64,000 bases of DNA, taken from an uncultured Gammaproteobacteria bacterium. GTDB taxonomy: Bacteria; Patescibacteriota; Microgenomatia; Daviesbacterales; UBA10151. Each line of letters starts with the position of its first letter. Position 1 is the stretch's first letter. The translations under genes and the position numbers were made by a program. This document shows positions 1-8,518 of this stretch, piece after piece. The notes below the pieces were generated by a model. That model worked only from the letters and a program-made list of their open reading frames with translations, was not told where the DNA came from and searched no databases. Location: the NCBI GenBank assembly GCA_964392925.1, contig CAYMRP010000001.1, forward strand, positions 229,585 through 293,584. The letters are read 5' to 3'.

Positions 1-240
1 CCCTCGGATGCGACTATGAGTCGATGTGCTCCATTATATAAATGAAATCTAAATCCTCCTTTATAACTGTCAGGCATTTCGCTCAAAACCACCGGTGGCT
101 CAGCCCTCCAATTGCCTTCACGAGCTTTAACTGCTAATTTTTCATATTTGCTTGCTAGTAATACCTGCTGCGTTACCAGGATAAGACCGCGGTTCTCTGG
201 AGAAATATTCAATACACGTCCCATAGTGCTAATTATATCA

Positions 241-1671
241 CTAATTAGGACATTTCAGCGTATAAACCCCTGAATAAGGAGATAGCTGTGCAGGTGTTGG
301 ATTAGTTACGCTCGAAACAGCATATTGAGCATAATAAACCACACTATCATTTAAATTATTAACCCCAATTGTTTGATTTGTTGTAGATTGGGCCGACTGC
401 TGGATATTAGCAATATCATATCCACCGCTGGTGCTGCCAACCTGGAATGAATAGTATTGCCCGCCATTTACAGTCGTAAAATTCACAGTATTACCAGTCC
501 AAACATTACTATTATTCTTAGTTCCACAAGTTATCCAAACCGAACCTGATGGTGCACCCATTGAGATCCCTGTATTAAGCGTAAATAATTGATTTTGAGC
601 TGGAGCTGCGACTGTATAAGTTTGTGAATCTGCATAATCAATGTTTTGATTATTTTGCTGGCCTTTTAGAACCGCCACCATATTATAAGTAGTTCCTGCA
701 GTCGCTCCATTCCAAGTCCATGTCGCCCCATTTGTTGGAGTTACTCCATTTACCACAACTTGATATTGTGAATCACTTGGCTGTTTTGCCAAAATCACAA
801 TTGATGTTCCGCCCGGAGCCGAACCATTAAAATTAATTGTTCCTGAAATTGCTGAACTACCTGTTGCAGGAGCTGCCGAAGAAGTTGGGCTGGCAGAGGG
901 TGTCGTGCTTCCTATAGGAGTAATAGATCCAGCTGGCGGTTGAGCACTGGAATTAATTGTCACTACTGCATTATCAGAAGGAGCAGAAATAATCATGACT
1001 GAAGAATCACCGATAATCGCCCCGCTACTATCAATCAGTTGGCCTTTCACTTCATACTTTTGTCCAGCCACTGCGTTTGAATAAGTGATTGTCCTTTTTA
1101 CTTGGGCTGACAAATTATCAACTATCACCGTAAAATCATTAGTGCTTCCATAATTACGGCCTAAAACGTCTACTACCGCACCTTGGGGTATATAACCGTT
1201 AACAAAAAGTGTTCCAGAAATAGTCGCAATTTGAGGATTAGATGTTGGGGGAGTAACTATATTTATAGTTAATACTTCCTCTGTCGCTGGTGCACTAACT
1301 GTAATCGGCTCTGAAGTTGCGTTATGAGTTCCGTTTAGATCTAAATAAGCTTGAAGCTGGTATGATTTGCCTTCCTCCGCTTGATTATATTGCCAAGCGC
1401 TATCATCAGTTGCGGTCAATCCGGAAGTAAAAATTTGATAATCGCCAGTAGTTCCATGATCTCTTATTCCAATACTAATCGAAGATCCCTGAGGTATAGG
1501 TCCATTAAGATGGATTGTGCCGGAAATAACTGCTTGTTCTGATCCTGATTTCTGGGATTCACTCATAAAAGGCAGATTAGGTTTAATATATCGCGAAGTG
1601 ATGAATCCGACATCAAATAAAATAAATCCAAAAATGATTACAGCAACTACTATAGCCGCGATTCTGAGCAT
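241..1671 (-). CDS. Secreted/membrane-anchored protein with three CarboxypepD_reg-like (ISGT..G.P..GA.V) beta-sandwich repeats and a conserved about 100-aa C-terminal domain ending in KCP
   Basis: The N-terminal hydrophobic anchor is MLRIAAIVVAVIIFGFILF. Three repeats of the form ISGTIHLNGPIPQG, ISGTLFVNGYIPQG and ISGTINFNGSAPGG follow. The C-terminal domain (..ITCGTK..YAQYA..KCPN) is paralogous to the next gene. The ORF track starts at 1707 with a TTG, and I prefer the in-frame ATG at 1671. Confidence 0.7.
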   Translation of the reverse strand: MLRIAAIVVAVIIFGFILFDVGFITSRYIKPNLPFMSESQKSGSEQAVISGTIHLNGPIPQGSSISIGIRDHGTTGDYQIFTSGLTATDDSAWQYNQAEEGKSYQLQAYLDLNGTHNATSEPITVSAPATEEVLTINIVTPPTSNPQIATISGTLFVNGYIPQGAVVDVLGRNYGSTNDFTVIVDNLSAQVKRTITYSNAVAGQKYEVKGQLIDSSGAIIGDSSVMIISAPSDNAVVTINSSAQPPAGSITPIGSTTPSASPTSSAAPATGSSAISGTINFNGSAPGGTSIVILAKQPSDSQYQVVVNGVTPTNGATWTWNGATAGTTYNMVAVLKGQQNNQNIDYADSQTYTVAAPAQNQLFTLNTGISMGAPSGSVWITCGTKNNSNVWTGNTVNFTTVNGGQYYSFQVGSTSGGYDIANIQQSAQSTTNQTIGVNNLNDSVVYYAQYAVSSVTNPTPAQLSPYSGVYTLKCPN

Positions 1672-1767
1672 TAAATTAATTGTGGAGTATTTAGAGGGAA
1701 TGTTCAAGGGTTAAAAGGTGAAGAAGCTCAATACCAGCCTCCTAATCGTATACCTATTAATAATCTC

Positions 1768-2682
1768 CTAAGGGCACTTCACTGTAGTAGGCGTTGAAAA
1801 TCCGGAGTACTGGATAGCTGTTGGATTTAGCACATTCGCAATAGCATATTGAGCGTAATAAACCACACTATCTGTTATCGTCACATTCACAATCTGATTA
1901 GTTCCTGATTGGGCGGCCTGAGAAGTTGAATTAATATCAGATGCACCACTAGTCGTCCCAACCTGCATTTTATAAAAAGCGACTCCATCAACAGATGGAA
2001 AATTGATATTCGCACTCCACATATTGTTAGCAGCCTTAGTGCCGCAGGTAATTGTTGCAGTTCCGCTTGGAGCAGAAGGCGCTGTCGAAGCATTAAGCGA
2101 AAAAACCTGATTTAATGCTGGAGCTGTTACTACATAAGTTTGAGAAGCAGCATAATCAGTATCAACTCCGTTTGAGGATCCTTTCAAAATAGCTATCAAA
2201 TCATAACTACTGCCGATAGTTGCCGTACTCCACGTCCATTTTGAATTGCTCGTAGCCGAAATTCCACTAACTACAGTTTTAAATGAGTCTGTCGTCCCAG
2301 TTTTTCGGGCTACGATTACGATTGATGTCCCTGTCGGTGGACTTCCTACTAAACTGATACTTCCAGAAATTGCAGAACTTCCGGCAGTAGTTTGACTGGC
2401 CCCATCAGTATTGTCTTGCAGTACAGTTAATGTCCCAATGCTTGATTTAAGTGGTGTCGGTTTTGTTGTTGGTTTTACAGATCCAGTAGGCTTAGTAGAT
2501 GCTCTAGGAGCCTCGGAGGACACGGGTAATGATTCAGCAGCTGTGTTATCTCTGGTTGTTAAAATTGGCGAGGGGAGAGGAGTTGGACCGGGTTTATCCA
2601 AAAATATTTTATAAACTCCAAATATTAAAATCAGAGTCCCTATCGTCACTCCGCCTAAAATAAGCCCAAACTTTAGAGTCAT
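1768..2682 (-). CDS. Paralog of the upstream gene: anchored surface protein with a Pro/Thr/Ser-rich linker, one CarboxypepD_reg-like repeat and the same C-terminal Cys-containing domain (..VKCP)
   Basis: The C-terminal 200 aa align residue-by-residue with the 241-1671 product (ISGSISLVGSPPTGTSIVI..ITCGTK..VVYYAQYA..KCP). The ORF track starts at 2718 with a TTG. The in-frame ATG at 2682 directly precedes the TM segment MTLKFGLILGGVTIGTLILIFGV. Confidence 0.7.
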   Translation of the reverse strand: MTLKFGLILGGVTIGTLILIFGVYKIFLDKPGPTPLPSPILTTRDNTAAESLPVSSEAPRASTKPTGSVKPTTKPTPLKSSIGTLTVLQDNTDGASQTTAGSSAISGSISLVGSPPTGTSIVIVARKTGTTDSFKTVVSGISATSNSKWTWSTATIGSSYDLIAILKGSSNGVDTDYAASQTYVVTAPALNQVFSLNASTAPSAPSGTATITCGTKAANNMWSANINFPSVDGVAFYKMQVGTTSGASDINSTSQAAQSGTNQIVNVTITDSVVYYAQYAIANVLNPTAIQYSGFSTPTTVKCP

Positions 2683-2761
2683 AGGTTTAATTTTGGAGTA
2701 TCTGCGATGTTTGTTCAAGTCTCACGAGAATTTATAAGTAAAGAGGGTGGATTAATTGAAT

Positions 2762-2798
2762 AAGTAAAGAAAGTTCCACGGGTTTTTAAGGCCCGTGG
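2762..2798 (-). terminator. Rho-independent terminator downstream of the RRM gene
   Basis: A 7-bp GC-rich stem, ccacggg (2776-2782) paired with cccgtgg (2792-2798), sits 34 bp after the stop at 2832. On the minus strand it is followed by the T-rich tract AACTTTCTTTACTTAT. Confidence 0.5.
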
Positions 2799-2831
2799 CA
2801 CCCTCTGTTTAAGCGTAAGCTCACGCTTCGC

Positions 2832-3125
2832 TTATCTGTCTTCCCTTGGTCTAGCTTCGTTCACAACGATCTTTCTACCATCCATATCGGAGTTGTTCAA
2901 TTTTTCAATTGCCTCCATAGCTTCTGCGTCATTTTCCATTTCAACAAAACCGAATCCGCGTGAACGGCCGGTCATTCTGTCTTGTAGTACAACTGCACTA
3001 ACTACTGATCCGAATTGAGAAAAAAGGTCTCCTAATTTCTGGTCATCAACTGCCCAGGGAAGGGAGCCTACAAAAAGTTTTTTAATAGTAATCACCGCCA
3101 ATCTAGTATTAGAGAGCCTTAACAT
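2832..3125 (-). CDS. RNA-binding protein with an RRM domain (bacterial Rbp family)
   Basis: RNP2 (KLFVGSL) and RNP1 (RGFGFVEM) motifs are present. The size is typical at 97 aa. An alternative GTG start lies at 3095. Confidence 0.85.
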   Translation of the reverse strand: MLRLSNTRLAVITIKKLFVGSLPWAVDDQKLGDLFSQFGSVVSAVVLQDRMTGRSRGFGFVEMENDAEAMEAIEKLNNSDMDGRKIVVNEARPREDR

Positions 3126-3245
3126 TACTAGACTAACAGTCTGAAATGAATCTGCTTAAACTAACCACTACAGGAATTGTACGTCCCCCATAGTAAAAAT
3201 GCAATATTAGTAAAATTTTGTGAAGATGCTGTCAAAACGCTCTAA

Positions 3246-3779
3246 TTACTTAGCTTCTGAAATCTGAAGGGGAAGTTCTTTCAGGGTTTCACTTAATTTA
3301 TTCTTTTGCTCATCTGTCATCTGTGAACTTAAAAATAATAATGCTTTTTCTTGATTCTCAAAAGATTTAACCAGCTTATTTGTCAATTCTAAAGTATCAG
3401 CTTTTTCCTCAACAGCCCTCTTTTTTAGCTTCAAAGCTTCAACTCTGGCTTCTGTATTAAGCTCGATAGATTTTACCGCATTCCCAAAATCCTTATCTTC
3501 AGTAAGCTTTGCCGCTTCAACTAATCTTTTTTCCGATAGCTCGAGTTGATACTCAGATTTAGCCACAGTTCCGAATATAAACATCCCACCGAAAGTTTCT
3601 TTTAATTGTTTAAACATAAACATTGGGTCCCCCAAAGTTTTACCAGGAACGACCGGCCAGAATAACCCATAAACATCCACTTTAGCTGAATCAGATGCTT
3701 GTTCATCCTTGGCAAAAACAGGTGTCAGAAGCAAAGTGAAAACTAAAACAAAAGCTGTAAAGCTGTATAAGAATCTCAT
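3246..3779 (-). CDS. Secreted coiled-coil protein, hypothetical (possibly a periplasmic chaperone-like helical protein)
   Basis: A signal peptide (MRFLYSFTAFVLVFTLLLTPVFA) is followed by a K/E-rich heptad-like helical sequence. Confidence 0.5.
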   Translation of the reverse strand: MRFLYSFTAFVLVFTLLLTPVFAKDEQASDSAKVDVYGLFWPVVPGKTLGDPMFMFKQLKETFGGMFIFGTVAKSEYQLELSEKRLVEAAKLTEDKDFGNAVKSIELNTEARVEALKLKKRAVEEKADTLELTNKLVKSFENQEKALLFLSSQMTDEQKNKLSETLKELPLQISEAK

Positions 3780-3901
3780 AGCTCCCTAATCTAATCAGTA
3801 ATCAATTTAACTGTCAAGCAGACACATAGATTTATAACCTATAGTTGACTTTCATATTATCCAGGCCTATAATTTGCCTAATTCCTGCCCGGAGAAGTTT
3901 T

Positions 3902-4519
3902 ATGGCAGGATTTTTTGGATTTCTGGCTTTCGTCAGTTTTATATTTTTAGTACTAAGCATATTTAAGCCTGCTTTGGTTCAAAGTATTCTCAAAAGAGAA
4001 TTTACTAGAAGCAGGGGCATAAAATACTTTGGAGGAGGGCTGTTAGGACTACTAGTGTTAGCCGGAGTTTTTACTCCAAGTGTTTCTGTTGAGTCTGACA
4101 AAATTCAAGGTGTTGCTACAGAAAATCAGATTGAAAGTTCTGCCTCACCATCTGTAACCCCTTCTCTAGAGCCTGTGCCTTCTCCTTCAGAGATTCCTTC
4201 ACCTACACCACAACCCTCGGCTGCCGCATCAATCACTCCAAGCCCAACAGTAAAACCGACCCCAAAACCAACAGTCACACCTACTCCTAAGCCATCAGTC
4301 GCTGCAAAGCCAATAGTCATCCCTACGCCAACAATCGCACCAACCCCCGCTTCTACAATAGCTCCTGCTCCACAACTAACTTCAGCTGATAAAGATTGTA
4401 AAGACTTCTCCAGTCATTCCGAAGCGCAAGCCTATTTCAATTCTAAAGGTGGAAGTGCTTCTAATAATGTTGACGACTTAGATAGAGATCATGACGGACT
4501 AGCTTGCGAAAGCCTGTAA
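3902..4519 (+). CDS. Membrane-anchored protein with a PT-rich linker and a C-terminal Excalibur calcium-binding domain
   Basis: The C-terminal motif DDLDRDHDGLACE matches the Excalibur DxDxDGxxCE signature. The linker is long and P/T/S/A-rich. An N-terminal TM segment is present. The ORF track starts at 3845, and I prefer the ATG at 3902 directly before the TM segment. Confidence 0.7.
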   Translation: MAGFFGFLAFVSFIFLVLSIFKPALVQSILKREFTRSRGIKYFGGGLLGLLVLAGVFTPSVSVESDKIQGVATENQIESSASPSVTPSLEPVPSPSEIPSPTPQPSAAASITPSPTVKPTPKPTVTPTPKPSVAAKPIVIPTPTIAPTPASTIAPAPQLTSADKDCKDFSSHSEAQAYFNSKGGSASNNVDDLDRDHDGLACESL

Positions 4520-4526
4520 CTCTAGA

Positions 4527-5075
4527 TTATTCCAATCCTTCCATTAAACTATAAATCTTCCTGGCAGTATTACAATTTCTAATCGTCATCTGAGAATACA
4601 ATTTTGTCCCCACCAGCTTCATAATTCCACTTCTGGTGACATTCTTCTTATCCACCATCCATAAAACCGCCCCCTCAACATACTTAACATTATCAATATC
4701 CGAGTTTATAGTCAGGTCCTCTATAACTTCTTTTTTATCAACTTCATTCCATAAAAACATCACATCACATTTCATTTCCGCATCATTTTTCCAGGAGTCG
4801 GGGAGAGTCTCAACAATCTTTTTAATAGTCCTCATTTCTTTGATAACGACTTTGATATTAAATTTAAATTGATGGTGAATAGCTGCTTCTAGAATCTCAG
4901 AAATTTTGTGTGGATCAGATAGTTTACTTTTAAATATTACATTCCCTGAATTAATATAAGTTATAACTGACTCCATTCCGGCTTTCTCAAAGACCTCTTT
5001 TAACGTCTGCATACTAACTTTATTATTCCCGCCAACATTAATTCCCCGTAAAAGCGCTACATATATATTACTCAT
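4527..5075 (-). CDS. DUF1697 family protein
   Basis: The N-terminus YVALLRGINVGGNNKVSM...YINSGNVIF is the DUF1697 hallmark. The ORF track begins 10 codons upstream at 5105. Confidence 0.75.
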   Translation of the reverse strand: MSNIYVALLRGINVGGNNKVSMQTLKEVFEKAGMESVITYINSGNVIFKSKLSDPHKISEILEAAIHHQFKFNIKVVIKEMRTIKKIVETLPDSWKNDAEMKCDVMFLWNEVDKKEVIEDLTINSDIDNVKYVEGAVLWMVDKKNVTRSGIMKLVGTKLYSQMTIRNCNTARKIYSLMEGLE

Positions 5076-5134
5076 AAGGCAATTATAACTTACTACTAAA
5101 TTCATATAAAAAAAGTGCTACACTAAATTCAGAA

Positions 5135-5479
5135 ATGAAAAAAGTAGTTACCGCTCAAATCCTTATTCTTCTATCAGTTATTCTTTTAGGCGCTACACTT
5201 AAATTTAATCTGGAATCTGACATCAGAATTTTTCATCGCGTATTCGGAATACTTGCAGCCTTAGTCAGTATGACAACCGCCGGATTCGCTTTTAAAACTA
5301 ATCAATCCGGCCTAATTAAAACTCTTGCAATCGGAGCGCTACTTTTAACAATCAGCGCTGCAGTCGGCGGCAGCTCTCTCGCCACTACCTCAAACTACGA
5401 CCTATCGTATGCTCAAATGTTTCTATCCGGCACCCTCGCCTTCCTCCTAACCTTGGTACTCTTTTTTAAAGTAAAGTAA
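5135..5479 (+). CDS. Small integral membrane protein (3-4 TM helices), hypothetical
   Basis: Hydrophobic segments are present throughout the ORF. No motif was recognised. Confidence 0.45.
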   Translation: MKKVVTAQILILLSVILLGATLKFNLESDIRIFHRVFGILAALVSMTTAGFAFKTNQSGLIKTLAIGALLLTISAAVGGSSLATTSNYDLSYAQMFLSGTLAFLLTLVLFFKVK

Positions 5480-5592
5480 ATCACGAAGTTTAAACTAATC
5501 CAGAGTAATTCATTTCAAAACTTTGTATCTAATATGGGTAATGACATTAGTCCCGCCAACTTCAATCGGCTCAAGTTTCAGATTAATAAACA

Positions 5593-6903
5593 CTATGGAA
5601 GTTTACGAACATTATGCCCCATCTTTTCAGCAATTGCCTCAGCAACTTTTCTTGTTCCATACGGAACTCTAATTGCACCAACCATAACATAACAATCTTC
5701 AGTTAAAGATCCTCGTTTGAGTCTGGGCTCGTATTTGCGTTTACCAACCAAAAGTTTTTTCATCTCTTCGGCAGAGTATGCAAAATCTGATATACAGTTA
5801 TTTGTGTCGTCGAATAGTTTTATGTCAATATCAGGAGCAGGTTCTTGGCTCCATATGTAATACAGGTTTTGCAGAACTCCCCATACCTGATGTTTGTACT
5901 TCACTTTGGACTCGATATCTAACAGATCATATCTCTCACCATTTCCCATTATTAACTCAGAAGATATCCCAACGTGCTTTTCAAAATAATGTAATTCGAG
6001 CGATAATAAATTCTTTTCTTTTTCATATTTAAAGTTTTTCACTTTTAACCATCTTGTTTCTCCAAAGGCTATAGTTCTATGTTCAATCTCGCGTAACTTC
6101 ATTGGTCTAATTTTGCTCAATGCTTTACTAAAGTTGGGATTATTTGCCATGAAAAGCATAACTCCGTTACGCAATATCCAAAGAGTTTTCCTGCATTTAT
6201 CAATCAGTCGGGTGATATCAGTTTGGGTTAGTTCTCGTTTACCTTTGTTTCTGCCAGTATGAGGATCAATATCATGCAAGATAATAGTTTCGTTATCTGT
6301 CAGCTCATATCTATCATGCCCCTCTCCTGCGTTCCTGATTGTGTTATCGAAGCCATCGACAAAGTCTTTCAGATCACCTTGTGGAATCACTAACTTTATG
6401 TCTTTGAGAGTTTGATATTTATTTCCTCCGGCTACTTCAACATACGTATCAGCTGTACTTGCACCTGACTTTTTACCATAACTTGTTACGGCAAAATAAT
6501 ATGGAATTGTTGCCCATAATCTAAACTCACTCTCAAAGAATACTTTATAGTGCCTGAGAGAGGCTGAGAATATCTTGAGGATGTCTTTTTCTTTTTCATT
6601 TCGAGCGTCATAATACTCTTTTTCAGAAATAGCAATTCTCTCGGTAGAATCATGGACTTGATCAAGCATGTAGGAAATTAATTGAGGAAAGTCGTTATGA
6701 TAATTTTTATACAGCTGTTCACAAATATGCTCAACAAAAAGCATGTTTTGAATATCTTTCTTTTTAACTGTGAGTCTCCATGCCAGCCAACTCTGTTCCA
6801 AAAAATAATAGTAATTTTCATGAGGTAGCTCATGCTTCAAATACGGACGGAAAGTGTCTGAGAAAAAACGTTCTTGAATTGCAAATCCTGGTTTACCGAG
6901 CAT
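5593..6903 (-). CDS. Hypothetical 436-aa cytoplasmic protein, operon partner of the AlbA_2 protein (candidate defence-module effector)
   Basis: The ORF is long and clean with no TM segment, no P-loop and no domain I can recognise. It is co-oriented with the AlbA_2 gene and 4 bp downstream of it. Confidence 0.6.
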   Translation of the reverse strand: MLGKPGFAIQERFFSDTFRPYLKHELPHENYYYFLEQSWLAWRLTVKKKDIQNMLFVEHICEQLYKNYHNDFPQLISYMLDQVHDSTERIAISEKEYYDARNEKEKDILKIFSASLRHYKVFFESEFRLWATIPYYFAVTSYGKKSGASTADTYVEVAGGNKYQTLKDIKLVIPQGDLKDFVDGFDNTIRNAGEGHDRYELTDNETIILHDIDPHTGRNKGKRELTQTDITRLIDKCRKTLWILRNGVMLFMANNPNFSKALSKIRPMKLREIEHRTIAFGETRWLKVKNFKYEKEKNLLSLELHYFEKHVGISSELIMGNGERYDLLDIESKVKYKHQVWGVLQNLYYIWSQEPAPDIDIKLFDDTNNCISDFAYSAEEMKKLLVGKRKYEPRLKRGSLTEDCYVMVGAIRVPYGTRKVAEAIAEKMGHNVRKLP

Positions 6904-6908
6904 AATAA

Positions 6909-7868
6909 TTAAACGATTGACTTTGCTTGAGCCACAAGCTCCCTTGCTGTGGGATAATTTTCAAAAAGATAATCCATAGCTTTTACTGCGTTTGCTTCAA
7001 TTTTTTTAGCTCTATCAGCAATGTCATTATTGCCATTAATAATGATCTGTTCCATGTTACTCATTGGTAAAACACTTTGAGCAGAAAGCCTATCTCGTTG
7101 ATCGTCAGCTAACGCTAACTGCTGTCGAAGAGGGAATAGATGTCTCATAAGCTTGACATCATTACCCAATACTCTCAGTAGGTTTCCACTCTCTTTAGAG
7201 ATAATGGAATTGAACTTGTTGGGTAAACTGTTGTTGCTACCTGCCTGTACCATATTCTGTTTGCAAGTTGCTGTCACACTTTCCAAATCCAAATACAGTG
7301 CGTTTACCCAGCCTCTTTCCTCCTTTGACTGATCGATTTCTAATAAAAGATGTGTGTAGTCCATCGCTCTCGCTGTTCCCGATCCACGCGCCCAAAATTC
7401 AAGTGTTGTATCTTGAGCCTTTTTAATTGCATGCGGACGTTTATCGCTCTTGGGGATTTTAACAATAACAACATGTTTGCCTCCTATCTTGATTACTTTA
7501 ATTTCTTCGAAACTGATTATTGGAATTGTTAATCCTTTATCGAGATATTTCTGGGTAATTCTTTTACCAACTTCTTTCGCATCTGTAATTCCAACAATCC
7601 TTTCGAGCTTTGTCTTTCCGGCTGTATTGCTTGCATCTAGAATGCCGAAAAATAAAAATCCTCCAAGAGTATTTGCGAAGGTGGCAAATGCTTTTCTGAT
7701 AGAATAAACTTTATCCGCTTCTAAACTATCAAATCCTTCTTTGAAGTCGAAGTAAAGATCCTCTTCGTTACCATTTATCAGAAGGTCTTTAATGACATCC
7801 TCTGTAATTTCTTCAATTTTTGTATTTTGGTTTATCTGAAGTCCCATAAAGTATGCATATTCTATCAA
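6909..7868 (-). CDS. AlbA_2 (Schlafen-like / divergent-AAA N-terminal DNA-binding) domain protein
   Basis: The N-terminal about 130 aa match the AlbA_2 pattern (EDLYFDFKEGF ... FANTLGGFLFFGILD ... IVGITD). The C-terminal about 180 aa are uncharacterised. The gene lies 145 bp from the 3' end of tRNA-Lys. Confidence 0.65.
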   Translation of the reverse strand: MIEYAYFMGLQINQNTKIEEITEDVIKDLLINGNEEDLYFDFKEGFDSLEADKVYSIRKAFATFANTLGGFLFFGILDASNTAGKTKLERIVGITDAKEVGKRITQKYLDKGLTIPIISFEEIKVIKIGGKHVVIVKIPKSDKRPHAIKKAQDTTLEFWARGSGTARAMDYTHLLLEIDQSKEERGWVNALYLDLESVTATCKQNMVQAGSNNSLPNKFNSIISKESGNLLRVLGNDVKLMRHLFPLRQQLALADDQRDRLSAQSVLPMSNMEQIIINGNNDIADRAKKIEANAVKAMDYLFENYPTARELVAQAKSIV

Positions 7869-8014
7869 AAAAGTTGTGGCCCATCCTGTCGCATATTAAT
7901 TTTGGCAAGTCTGAGAGCCCAGTCAAATTGAACATAACAGCCTTGAGACGCAACTAAAAGCTTGTCGAGCATATGCCGAACGAGATGGATGGCAAGTAGT
8001 TGAAGTTTTAAATT

Positions 8015-8089
8015 TGGTGAGCCGAGTGGGATTCGAACCCACAACCGATGGATTAAGAGTCCATTGCTCTACCGTTGAGCTATCGGCCC
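8015..8089 (-). tRNA. tRNA-Lys (anticodon CTT), CCA encoded
   Basis: The reverse complement folds as a cloverleaf: acceptor GGGCCGA/TCGGCTC, anticodon stem ATGGA/TCCAT with loop CTCTTAA, T-loop GGTTCGAATCC, and a 3' ACCA. Confidence 0.9.
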
Positions 8090-8169
8090 GTTTTCTGCGG
8101 ATACTGATCACACTAAATGTACCCGTCAATAACACAGGTATTATACTCAATCTGAGCTTAGATTTCTAA

Positions 8170-8418
8170 CTAATCCATCCCGCGTCTTCCATCTTCCGCA
8201 TTTTGGACCTCTGCAGCCAGATTTAATTCTTGTGGATGTGCTCCGTCATCACCTTTATAAAGGCCCATGTCATGCGCATTCTCCAGCATATCATCATCAG
8301 ATTCTAAATCAGCTGTATCGCCGTCTATTGCTTCCTCACCTGTTAGCGCAATCTTCTCAACCTCACTATGCTTCTTATCCTCACGTAGATGATCCTTGTC
8401 GCTTTGATTCTTTGCCAT
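8170..8418 (-). CDS. Small highly acidic hypothetical protein (82 aa, D/E-rich, likely disordered)
   Basis: The ORF has a GGGGTGA purine tract upstream of its ATG. The composition is low-complexity acidic. The call is speculative. Confidence 0.3.
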   Translation of the reverse strand: MAKNQSDKDHLREDKKHSEVEKIALTGEEAIDGDTADLESDDDMLENAHDMGLYKGDDGAHPQELNLAAEVQNAEDGRRGMD

Positions 8419-8518
8419 TTTTTAAGTCACCCCATTTCTAAGCCGATATAATTTCTGACCGGATTAACTAGAGTTTAGTACACCCAAATTAATATATCTA
8501 TCCCAAGAATCATTTTTC

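Noticed and set aside
1517-2614. Short ORFs nested inside or antisense to the large minus-strand surface-protein genes: 1517-1714 +, 1887-2093 -, 2411-2614 +.
   Set aside because: They are embedded in longer ORFs with strong paralog support, lack a ribosome-binding site and have biased composition. They are typical shadow ORFs. The same reasoning applies to 4636-4872, 5778-6032, 7350-7707, 8232-8441, 9229-9624, 10146-10340, 10497-10745, 14287-14493, 20048-20368, 21158-21595, 21858-22046, 22323-22580, 25069-25287, 27525-27734, 27804-28013, 28728-28913, 31053-31265, 31318-31578, 32440-32664, 33225-33425, 34385-34612, 37793-38002, 39668-40105, 40370-40597, 46984-47169, 48901-49257, 49352-49546, 50203-50469, 51193-51387, 52652-52924, 54426-54638, 55681-55929, 59363-59661, 61371-61556, 61597-61788, 62919-63110 and 63515-63880.
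5552-5572. An 8-nt match (TGAGCCGA, on the opposite strand) to the tRNA-Lys 3' end, located at the far end of the AlbA_2 two-gene module. It was a possible att duplicate delimiting an island.
   Set aside because: The match is only 8 nt and in inverted rather than direct orientation, so it is compatible with chance. No convincing direct repeat delimiting the module was found.
7923-8150. A 75-aa minus-strand ORF.
   Set aside because: It overlaps the tRNA-Lys gene, 8015-8089, completely, so it is not coding. Likewise 53118-53315 overlaps tRNA-Arg(TCT) and its downstream hairpin.
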